Below are positions 38,801 to 46,569 of a stretch of 64,000 bases of DNA, piece by piece. This DNA is from a virus. Lineage: Duplodnaviria; Caudoviricetes. Below the pieces are notes generated by a model. The model worked only from the letters and a program-made list of their open reading frames with translations, had not been told where the DNA came from and ran no database searches. Each line of letters opens with the position of its first letter. Position 1 is the stretch's first letter. Location: the IMG/VR virus record IMGVR_UViG_3300031992_000007, positions 160,001-224,000 of that record. One strand, given 5' to 3'. Both the position numbers and the translations under genes were made by a program.

Positions 38801-39283
38801 TTACATGAAGGCCATTAGGTCAAGGATGTTGTTGGACTTAGGCTTTCTCTCGTTCTGTGAATCATTATACCTGCGAACATTGGTGTTCAACATATGCAAA
38901 GCCGTCTTGCAGTTGGATACGAACGCAGCATAATCCGGATGTGCAGAAAGGTCAATACCTTCAGCCTGGGCAAGATAGTCAGTAAGCCACTTCTGCATGA
39001 ACATCATGTCAGAGGTATAAAGGAACTCGATATACTTCCCGTTAACCAAAGCATCGACGATGTATCTTGAAGAAAGACTGGCGTGACAAATATCGTTGTA
39101 GTTGAAATCGTCAAGTTGACGGATGGGTGGAGGCTGTTTGTCTCCAAACACAGCTGAGTTGTGTACGATGTTTGTAGTTGCCGAATAGTTCTCCTGGACG
39201 AGTACATCGAATTCTATTTTGTCTATGTTGTCATAGACATCAGGGAACATCTTTCGTGTAGCTGGATCAAATGGTGCGGACAT
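38801..39283 (-). CDS. phiKZ gp100-like protein
   Basis: Size and position between gp99-like and gp101-like genes. Confidence 0.5.
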   Translation of the reverse strand: MSAPFDPATRKMFPDVYDNIDKIEFDVLVQENYSATTNIVHNSAVFGDKQPPPIRQLDDFNYNDICHASLSSRYIVDALVNGKYIEFLYTSDMMFMQKWLTDYLAQAEGIDLSAHPDYAAFVSNCKTALHMLNTNVRRYNDSQNERKPKSNNILDLMAFM

Positions 39284-39327
39284 TATACTTCCTCCATTTT
39301 GCTAAAAATTCATAGAATAGAAATACC

Positions 39328-39353
39328 TCGGTAGGCCCTTACAGGCCTACCGA
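39328..39353 (-). terminator. Terminator-like hairpin
   Basis: tcggtaggcc / ggcctaccga stem with a T-rich tail on the minus strand. Confidence 0.55.
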
Positions 39354-39364
39354 AGTTGAGCATT

Positions 39365-40846
39365 TTAGCGTTGCCAGTCAAGGCCTTCCAAATGTTGAAT
39401 GTACATCTGCGCTTTATCAGCAAGGAACTCGTAGATCGGCATCTTGTAGAACTGCTCCAACAACGGAAGCGACCAGACCTCTTCGATACAGGTGTGGAGA
39501 AGTTTCAGGTCAATCTTCCTAGTAAGAAGGAAGAGACGCATCAACTTAACATGTGCCACAGAACCCAAAAGAATGAGGTCTAGGGTGCCACCGAGTCCAG
39601 AGGAAGATCCATCTTCTTCCTCATCGCCCATACACTCTCTGTAGTGAGGATGCAGGTGCAGTAGCAAGTCACCGACTATCTTGTCATCCGATTCATCTCC
39701 AGCAGGAATGGTTGGAATGGATGAGTCTGCTGGGATTTCTCCCTCAGTAGTATCATCACCACTACCATCATCATTGACCTGGTCGAACCAGTCCTTGAGG
39801 TTCATCGACTTGATCCAGTACAAATACATCTTGTTCGTAAGGGCATTGTGTTTAACGCTCTTACTACCGAGGATGTGGATCTGAGACATAGTCGATGTAG
39901 GAACAGTCTCAAGAGGAAGATTCTCATCCAACAGAGCTACCCACACAGATACATCGATGAATGGTGCTCCTCTGAATAACTGCACCGGACGATAGCCAGC
40001 TTCGGTATGTTCAAGAGTCCTGAGTAGGAAGTCCACGATGTATGGATCGTAGATGTTGTCCGGACGCATGTAGCTGAACATCAGGTTCTTGTCGAGGAAC
40101 TTGGCAGTATGATACTTGATCATCCTGAGTCGCTGCTTCTTCAAGTACTTGAGTTCAACATATTCGTCGTGATAGAGAAGTGCTCCAGGCTCATTGAGGA
40201 ATCTAGTCTTATCGAACCATGCTTCGTCAGTGATACCTTGTTCAAGGGTTTCAATAACGTCGTTCGATACCCACTCGACCATCGCGAACTGGATCTTGTA
40301 GTACGTCGAGGCGCGGATAGACAACCTGGAAGGATGATCCGTAACCTGCATCAACGCGCACTTACCAGTATCGACCTCCATGACGAACTTATCACCCTTC
40401 TCAGGTCTGAACCCAGGATAGGTCAGAGCTTCACCAGAGAGTTTACTCTTGGTTTCAGCAGTATCGTGTTCGTACTGGAGTGAACCTGTCATCCGCAACT
40501 CGAAGTTGTGAATCTTCAAGACGGACTTGTGGACGTCATGAACTCCGTCATCCGTATCATCGTACTTACCCCGAACATCCGTTTCCGAATAATGCTCCTT
40601 GTAGTAAGTGACGGTTATGGCAGAACCTTCAGCATACCCCTTCATATCAGCAACAACCTGGAACGAGCGATCGGTGTTGATACCGGTCGCGTTGTTCTGG
40701 GTGTTGATGACATACTTACGATTAGCCAACTCCTTGTCAGGATCGAGGATAGTGAGTTCTTCACGTCCAGTAATTCCTGGAGTGTTGGCATCAACGATAG
40801 GAGTAGCGGCTACTTCTTTGTGACCTTTAGTAGGATAGAAACTCAT
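39365..40846 (-). CDS. Virion structural protein, phiKZ gp99-like
   Basis: YAEGS..VTYY, IHNFELRM, GEALTYPGFRP.KGD.F...VDTG and YDPYIV.F motifs. Confidence 0.7.
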   Translation of the reverse strand: MSFYPTKGHKEVAATPIVDANTPGITGREELTILDPDKELANRKYVINTQNNATGINTDRSFQVVADMKGYAEGSAITVTYYKEHYSETDVRGKYDDTDDGVHDVHKSVLKIHNFELRMTGSLQYEHDTAETKSKLSGEALTYPGFRPEKGDKFVMEVDTGKCALMQVTDHPSRLSIRASTYYKIQFAMVEWVSNDVIETLEQGITDEAWFDKTRFLNEPGALLYHDEYVELKYLKKQRLRMIKYHTAKFLDKNLMFSYMRPDNIYDPYIVDFLLRTLEHTEAGYRPVQLFRGAPFIDVSVWVALLDENLPLETVPTSTMSQIHILGSKSVKHNALTNKMYLYWIKSMNLKDWFDQVNDDGSGDDTTEGEIPADSSIPTIPAGDESDDKIVGDLLLHLHPHYRECMGDEEEDGSSSGLGGTLDLILLGSVAHVKLMRLFLLTRKIDLKLLHTCIEEVWSLPLLEQFYKMPIYEFLADKAQMYIQHLEGLDWQR

Positions 40847-40860
40847 AGATCGTCAACTCC

Positions 40861-43212
40861 TTATCCTTGTTTCTTGTGTATGCAGAAAGTAACCTGGAAC
40901 ACTCTGCAAGCGTTGTAACCCTTGTAACTGTTGATGTAGTGATCATTCTTAGTCGTCGGGGTTACTATCGGTTCTTCAAGAGGTTTGTCCGGGTTATCCG
41001 TGTAGAGGTGTTTAACCTGAAGGGTTTCCAGAACTTCTTCCAGAGGTGTACCAGCAGGGATTTCAACTTCCTCGTAGACAGGAAGACTATCGTCACCAGC
41101 AGTCATGGACAGAGCAAGAAGATGCATCCTATTACCAAGAGACATATTCACCTCGGCTTTATTGATGTAGTACTTCTTATCATCCGCTTCCTTGATGTAG
41201 ACAGTTGTGTCTGTAGGGAGTTCGTCACCGAATTCTAGTCCAGTGAGCTCTTCCATTTCTCCATCAGCATTCTTGGTGTAGTACTTGATGTCATACTTGA
41301 CAGTCTTGTCCGTACAGACAGTATACCCAACAATAGGTTCTTCCGTACCGATAATGTCCTCACCGAACACCGCATCCTTGTACTCGTACACACAACCAGC
41401 TTCTGCCAGATGGGATTTAATATCCGACACCAGAAGGTCTACAGGGAACGCAACCTGAGAATAGGCATCTGTACCAACACTGTAGGTGTAATAAGCCTTG
41501 TCCTTAAGAATACGATTATCCTTGGTCACCACATACTCATCACCATCCTTCTCATACACCTCTTCGACCTTAGCTATCCTAGCATACACGTCAGATATAG
41601 GTTCACCCTCAGTAGTCGGGATCTGAACATAGTCGCTAGCGATAGGGTCGAAGTAGTAATAAGTCTTGTCAGTGTTGACAATAGAGTCTTTGGTGTTGAT
41701 GTACGAAGGAGCGGTCAGGTCGTACCATCTAGACGGATAGACCTCGCACTGCAAAGGTTTGGCTGTCAGATTAATCGGTTTAGGATTGAGACTGATCACC
41801 AACCTGTACTGCGTGTACGGTCTCTGGGCACGAACTATAAGCTTGTCTCCCTTGATCTCGATAACAGGTTTGACGTTGTCTTCGATTTGGGTAGGAGTTC
41901 CAAGCTGGTAGTCTTCGGCGAACACAGCTATGTTCAGGTACTTGTTAGGAAGGAGAAGATCTCTTCCGTGACGAGAACGAATCTCCTGGATGAGATCGTC
42001 ATTCAACTTAATACCAGGGAGTCCGTGTACCAAGTCTATAACAGTCTCACGTTCAGATACCGTCTCTTCTTCACCTGTCTCTGGATTAGTCCTGGTTGTC
42101 GTAACTGGGTCATCCAAGCAAAAAGCAATAACTGCTATAGGTTGGAACCCTCTCTGCATCTGTATAGAGTTAGGAGGAAGATCCCAGTCGTCCCACCAAG
42201 GATAATGAACTGCACGAAGTCTATCCGGATACATGGTAGCCCACAGCTGGGTTACAGCAAGGTTCCTCCACATAACCGGACTCCCAAGTCCGTTGCTTGC
42301 ACGAAGCTTGGGATCAACAGGGATGTAGTTGAAATCCACGAACTGGTTGTTGACGATGATGGGGTATTTCAGCATGAGACGATTAGCTCTTGCGAACTGA
42401 ACCGTCACATTGAACTGAATGTAAGCACCATCTGGTTCGCCTGGTGTAGGCGCTTCCTGTGTACACTCGATCTGGTAGAGTGCCTGGAAGTGATTTTTCT
42501 TAACAACCAACTCTCTCTGGTCGGGGTTATTTCTGTTCTGAACGATATCGATATTGTTCTCGGACTGTCTGATCATTCTGTCTGCATAGTCTGAATCACC
42601 CATCAGATCAGCAATGTGCTTGTACACACTCTGTAGCAGTGTTGGGATTGGATAGTCGTACTGTACATCAACGTATCCGATCATTTCACCATTCTGGAAA
42701 CACTGGAACATCCTAGTCAAACACTCGAAAGCCATAGCGTCATCTTTGAAGTCCGCTTGTACTTCCATAGTGAGCGTCGAACCAACGGAGTATTCCACAA
42801 GATCTGTGAACGCATCCACATCAGACATCACCGAAGCGTTGCCTTCTGTATAATGACTTTTAGCAAAAGCCTGTCTCTGCGTCACATTACCGGGGTTGTT
42901 GGTGATCAGGTGGTTGCCGTTACCAAGATCGATAGTGGTTCCGTTTCCCTGCCACTTAACAGTTTGAGGGTTAAGGTTCCAATTCAGTTTGGCTCTTACA
43001 CGGTTGTGGTGGATCTCAGGGTTGCCATCTTTGTCAACAGCTTTGGAAGTACCCGTGAAATCCGACACCATGTCAATATTGCCGTTCCTCCTGAAGAACT
43101 CGAGATAACCCAACTTCTCCAGGATGAACTGAAGTACTTGCTTGGCTACAGGCTCGACTATGTGAACATGTTGCTCTGGAACGCTGTGAGTTAGACTCAA
43201 ACGAAAGGACAT
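40861..43212 (-). CDS. Virion structural protein, phiKZ gp98-like, with an insertion of Tyr-rich repeat modules near the C-terminus
   Basis: IVEPVAKQV, YDYPIP, LKYPIIVNNQ and P.WDDW motifs; extra TxD....K.YY repeats at about aa 500-750. Confidence 0.65.
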   Translation of the reverse strand: MSFRLSLTHSVPEQHVHIVEPVAKQVLQFILEKLGYLEFFRRNGNIDMVSDFTGTSKAVDKDGNPEIHHNRVRAKLNWNLNPQTVKWQGNGTTIDLGNGNHLITNNPGNVTQRQAFAKSHYTEGNASVMSDVDAFTDLVEYSVGSTLTMEVQADFKDDAMAFECLTRMFQCFQNGEMIGYVDVQYDYPIPTLLQSVYKHIADLMGDSDYADRMIRQSENNIDIVQNRNNPDQRELVVKKNHFQALYQIECTQEAPTPGEPDGAYIQFNVTVQFARANRLMLKYPIIVNNQFVDFNYIPVDPKLRASNGLGSPVMWRNLAVTQLWATMYPDRLRAVHYPWWDDWDLPPNSIQMQRGFQPIAVIAFCLDDPVTTTRTNPETGEEETVSERETVIDLVHGLPGIKLNDDLIQEIRSRHGRDLLLPNKYLNIAVFAEDYQLGTPTQIEDNVKPVIEIKGDKLIVRAQRPYTQYRLVISLNPKPINLTAKPLQCEVYPSRWYDLTAPSYINTKDSIVNTDKTYYYFDPIASDYVQIPTTEGEPISDVYARIAKVEEVYEKDGDEYVVTKDNRILKDKAYYTYSVGTDAYSQVAFPVDLLVSDIKSHLAEAGCVYEYKDAVFGEDIIGTEEPIVGYTVCTDKTVKYDIKYYTKNADGEMEELTGLEFGDELPTDTTVYIKEADDKKYYINKAEVNMSLGNRMHLLALSMTAGDDSLPVYEEVEIPAGTPLEEVLETLQVKHLYTDNPDKPLEEPIVTPTTKNDHYINSYKGYNACRVFQVTFCIHKKQG

Positions 43213-43238
43213 GTTAGCCTCCTGATAAAAATAAAAGT

Positions 43239-43249
43239 CATAAAATTGA
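43239..43249 (-). promoter_or_regulatory. Candidate late promoter (TCAATTTTATG, TATG core)
   Basis: An identical 11-mer lies at 46522-46532; both are about 25-30 nt upstream of likely late genes. TATG is the phiKZ late consensus. Confidence 0.45.
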
Positions 43250-43294
43250 CGGGCGTATTATACCTATATAAAAGAATGAGAGTTACCCATGTAA

Positions 43295-43673
43295 TGCTGA
43301 TCAAAAAAGAGAGGGCCGGTTAGTAGGATAACCGACTCTCTCTTCAACTCACAACAAACATGCACTGAAGTAAAACCCAGATTGAGCACTGCTATCGATG
43401 ATGGTGGACCGACTATCTAACCAGTAAGGCTATTGCCATACCGCGAAGGATAACGGACATTATTGCCACAAACTTCGCACGACCGTGAAGACCGTGAAGT
43501 TTTGTGTCGCACAGCAAGAGCCAGACGGCTAAAGCTGGTTTACCAAACAAAGAAAGTAGTGCCATTTCTGGGTTCCTTTGTGAATGGTTATGGCTGGACC
43601 TGGGAGAACCTCTCCCAGTGTCAATCCAGTCTTTACACTTCAGTAATGTATAAGTGAGCATTTTTGATCAGCA
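43295..43673 (+). ncRNA. Large structured non-coding RNA candidate (~380 nt), family not recognised
   Basis: A 13-bp perfect terminal helix encloses at least 8 nested helices; G-U pairs favour the + strand; no credible ORF. Confidence 0.65.
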
Positions 43674-43707
43674 CTTTCAATTTCTCAAGTAAAGAAAGGA
43701 ATAACTA

Positions 43708-45144
43708 ATGTTTAGCTTGTTCGCACCTGGAGAAGCTCCGAGGATGACAAATCCGATAAGCTTCAATACGGACACAATGTTCGACATCATCTCAGGTCAA
43801 TTCGAACGTGGGTACGATGGCAAGTGGTACCTCAATGGCGGACTTGGTCCTGCTGTAGCTGGCATACAAGGCAGACAGCAGACATTCAAGTCTACTCTAG
43901 CTGGATCTTTTGCCATGCGCATGAGCGCCATCTACAATACCCAGATGGTTGTCTTTGACTCGGAACTTGCGTTTATAAGCGATCTCAACCGTATCGTCAG
44001 ACTAGCTGGTTCTCACGCTAGCAAGATCACAACCGACTACATTGTTCCTCTCAACGCTAAGACTGAATATGACCTTGAGTCCATCCGAAAGATGATTCAG
44101 GAACTTGGCGAGAGGAAGAAGGCTGCTGGTAAAGATGTGATGATCACAACTCCTTTCCTTGATCTGTCTACAGGTGAAAGGATCAAGTGCTTCCAGCCTT
44201 CTACGATCTTCATTGACTCCTACTCTGAATGTTTCTCAACTGCTGAGAAGGAGTTGGTCACAGACAAAGGTCTTGATGACAGTAGAGCTAACACCTTGAT
44301 GATGCTTGATGCCAACAAGAAGACTTCTACTCTGCGTAACCTTAGTCGGTATGCTGCTGATTATGGAATGCAGATAGTTGCTTCTGCTCACTACGGCAAG
44401 AAGATGAACATGGACAGCTATGCTCCTCAGCCGAAGTATCTTCCGTGGGCTAATCAGGACGACGCTCCGAAAAACGTTGGATCGAAGTGGGGATTCCTGA
44501 CATCACCTCTGATGCTCATCAACGGCTGTTCTAAACTGATGGATGATGCCAAACAGGCTAAGTATCAGCTGAACAAAGATACGCACGCAACCGATCTGTT
44601 TGAACTCGCAGTATTGGCTCAGCGGTGCAAAAAGAACTCCTCTGGCTCCTGTCATCCTTTCGTGGTGTCTCAGGACAATGGGTTACTTGAAGAAACCTCG
44701 AACTACAACTACCTTCGTTCCATGAAGGCCTTTGGTTTCCTTGGCAACAATGTGACTCACCAGAACGTCTTCCTCCCTGATGTCAGTATGACGAGGAACT
44801 CTTTCCGTGGTATCTGCGAGAAAGATGCCCGTCTGTCTAGAGCTCTTCAGCTTACAGCGCAGCTTTGCTACATCCAGAATAACTGGAGTACAGCTGGATG
44901 GCAGTTCCCCATGATGGTAGATCCCAAAATGTTGGCTGATGTCTTGTACTCTGACAAGAACAAGATGTCTGTCGACAAGATCCTGCATTCGAGAGGGTAT
45001 TGGCTTCCTGATGAGATCCCATCTGACCAGGAGTACATGAGTATCATCGACGTTCTTGAGTTCGCTGCTAACAACGGTCTGGTGGATAAAATTCACAAGA
45101 TCGAAGTTGAAGCAGAACTCAAATACAAGGCTGGAAAGAAATGA
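43708..45144 (+). CDS. uvsX: UvsX/RecA-like recombinase (phiKZ gp152-like)
   Basis: WYLNGGL, P-loop GRQQTFKST, VFDSE, Walker B IFIDS and terminal RCK. Confidence 0.82.
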   Translation: MFSLFAPGEAPRMTNPISFNTDTMFDIISGQFERGYDGKWYLNGGLGPAVAGIQGRQQTFKSTLAGSFAMRMSAIYNTQMVVFDSELAFISDLNRIVRLAGSHASKITTDYIVPLNAKTEYDLESIRKMIQELGERKKAAGKDVMITTPFLDLSTGERIKCFQPSTIFIDSYSECFSTAEKELVTDKGLDDSRANTLMMLDANKKTSTLRNLSRYAADYGMQIVASAHYGKKMNMDSYAPQPKYLPWANQDDAPKNVGSKWGFLTSPLMLINGCSKLMDDAKQAKYQLNKDTHATDLFELAVLAQRCKKNSSGSCHPFVVSQDNGLLEETSNYNYLRSMKAFGFLGNNVTHQNVFLPDVSMTRNSFRGICEKDARLSRALQLTAQLCYIQNNWSTAGWQFPMMVDPKMLADVLYSDKNKMSVDKILHSRGYWLPDEIPSDQEYMSIIDVLEFAANNGLVDKIHKIEVEAELKYKAGKK

Positions 45145-45350
45145 AACTGTGGTGGCTAGCCGTTGTACTGGTTCTGTGTGGGTGTAGGACTCGTTACTAT
45201 GACCTGCGATACAATCAGCTTAGAGTAGGTATACTTGAAACTGAGGAGCAGTACATCGACGGGTCCTACTACAGAATCGAATCCACTGATGGGGTTACCT
45301 TGAAGTGGTTCCCTGAAATACCAGTTCTGGACAAGTTCCTCTATTGGTGA
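45141..45350 (+). CDS. Small lipoprotein (69 aa)
   Basis: MKLWWLAVVLVLCG-C lipobox; ATGA overlap with uvsX. Confidence 0.6.
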   Translation: MKLWWLAVVLVLCGCRTRYYDLRYNQLRVGILETEEQYIDGSYYRIESTDGVTLKWFPEIPVLDKFLYW

Positions 45351-45364
45351 AAATAAAAGGTTAG

Positions 45365-45396
45365 AGGCAGAGGACCCCGCAAGGGGTCCTCTGCCT
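45365..45396. terminator. Bidirectional terminator
   Basis: 14-bp perfect stem with a GCAA loop between convergent genes. Confidence 0.75.
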
Positions 45397-45400
45397 TCTG

Positions 45401-46495
45401 TTATTTCTTTCTGTTCTTGTGGGTGGTCCATGCCTGCTTAAGAGCTTCTAGAGCTTTAATCCTAGCAGGTTTAGGGATGAAGCTTATGATGCTAACGATG
45501 AACATCACTACCTTCATAACTCCTACCCTTAGTTTCTGAAACCAATTAAGTTCCTTTTCTACAGGTTTAGGAGCTTCCTCTACCGGAGCAGGTGTGTCTT
45601 CATCTATTACCTCATCATCTAGGTGAGAGCCGATGTGTATCTTTTTGCTTTTGGACTTCTTGCGGAAAATGCTCGATAGACAAAGTGTCAGGATAATAAC
45701 ACATATGGCTATTGCGGCAGAACCGAACAATATGAGGATGGTTTTCTCAGATCTTGTTAGGACGTGATCCACAACATTCTCAGCACGATCCATGGTGCCG
45801 TTGACTTCATGAACGACTTCTTTGACTTCTTTGACGACGTTAGTGGCGCTGGATATGGTACCTTCAAGGGGATTTACCAAGTCATGCACCGTATCGGTTA
45901 CAGGATCAGTAACAGCCTTGATTACCTCAGGGGTTTTGTTGACAACATTGTCCACTCCTGTTGGTTTAAGGTTAGCTACAGACACCGCATTAGAGGTAAC
46001 TGCTTTAGCACCCAGTTGCATAACAGCATCTCTAGTCGTCACGATAGAGTCGGGGAACTTAGGAGCTTTAGCAGCTGTAACTACACCCTCTGCTAACTTT
46101 AGCTTGACCTCCATAGGAACATCAGGATTGACGAAGGCTTCATTCAAGTTACCCTCGTTGAACTGAAGGTTAGACCTAAAAGTAGTGATCTTATTTTCTG
46201 CGCCTGAAGCAGAGAAGATCCCACCGCCAGCAGAGGTAGTGGACTCGAATGAAGCCCCGCCTCTAACAGCAGCAACTACTTGTTTAGAAGAGCCTATAAC
46301 AACACCAACATAGTTAGCATCACCTACAGGAACTCTAGCAGCGAAGCCCATGGTCTCGTTCTCGATAAGCATGTTGTGACCACACCCAGCATTAAGCAGG
46401 ATAAGGACAACACACAATAAGACCAACAAAGCTTCCATAACCGGACTTCCTCCCATGAAAATGAGGAAGTCTAACCAATTACGTATTCTGTTCAT
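45401..46495 (-). CDS. Membrane lipoprotein with C-terminal transmembrane segment(s), possible unimolecular spanin
   Basis: LLVLLCVVLILLNAG-C lipobox; TM segment ILILFGSAAIAICVIILTLCLSSIF followed by RKKSKSKK; second hydrophobic segment near the end. Confidence 0.55.
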   Translation of the reverse strand: MNRIRNWLDFLIFMGGSPVMEALLVLLCVVLILLNAGCGHNMLIENETMGFAARVPVGDANYVGVVIGSSKQVVAAVRGGASFESTTSAGGGIFSASGAENKITTFRSNLQFNEGNLNEAFVNPDVPMEVKLKLAEGVVTAAKAPKFPDSIVTTRDAVMQLGAKAVTSNAVSVANLKPTGVDNVVNKTPEVIKAVTDPVTDTVHDLVNPLEGTISSATNVVKEVKEVVHEVNGTMDRAENVVDHVLTRSEKTILILFGSAAIAICVIILTLCLSSIFRKKSKSKKIHIGSHLDDEVIDEDTPAPVEEAPKPVEKELNWFQKLRVGVMKVVMFIVSIISFIPKPARIKALEALKQAWTTHKNRKK

Positions 46496-46535
46496 TCATT
46501 TCTCCTTATTGGGATGAGAGACATAAAATTGAACC

Positions 46536-46561
46536 CTCCTACCAGCCGAAGCTGGTAGGAG
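46536..46561 (-). terminator. Terminator with UUCG loop
   Basis: ctcctaccagc-cgaa-gctggtaggag (TTCG loop on the minus strand). Confidence 0.7.
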
Positions 46562-46569
46562 AGTAATGA

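Noticed and set aside
41410-42594. 394-aa plus ORF, and similar 300-470-aa antisense ORFs at 50799-51773, 52664-54085, 54194-55129 and 56192-57397
   Set aside because: Each lies wholly opposite a well-supported gene and has shadow-type composition.
43413-43661. 82-aa minus and 64-aa plus ORFs in the intergenic gap
   Set aside because: No convincing RBS or coding bias; nested base-pairing explains the region better.
43295-43673. tmRNA, RNase P, SRP or retron msr-msd identity for the structured RNA
   Set aside because: Lacks tRNA-like ends, GAGGAAAGUCC and the SRP loop motif. The terminal inverted repeat is retron-like but there is no adjacent RT, so it is left unassigned.
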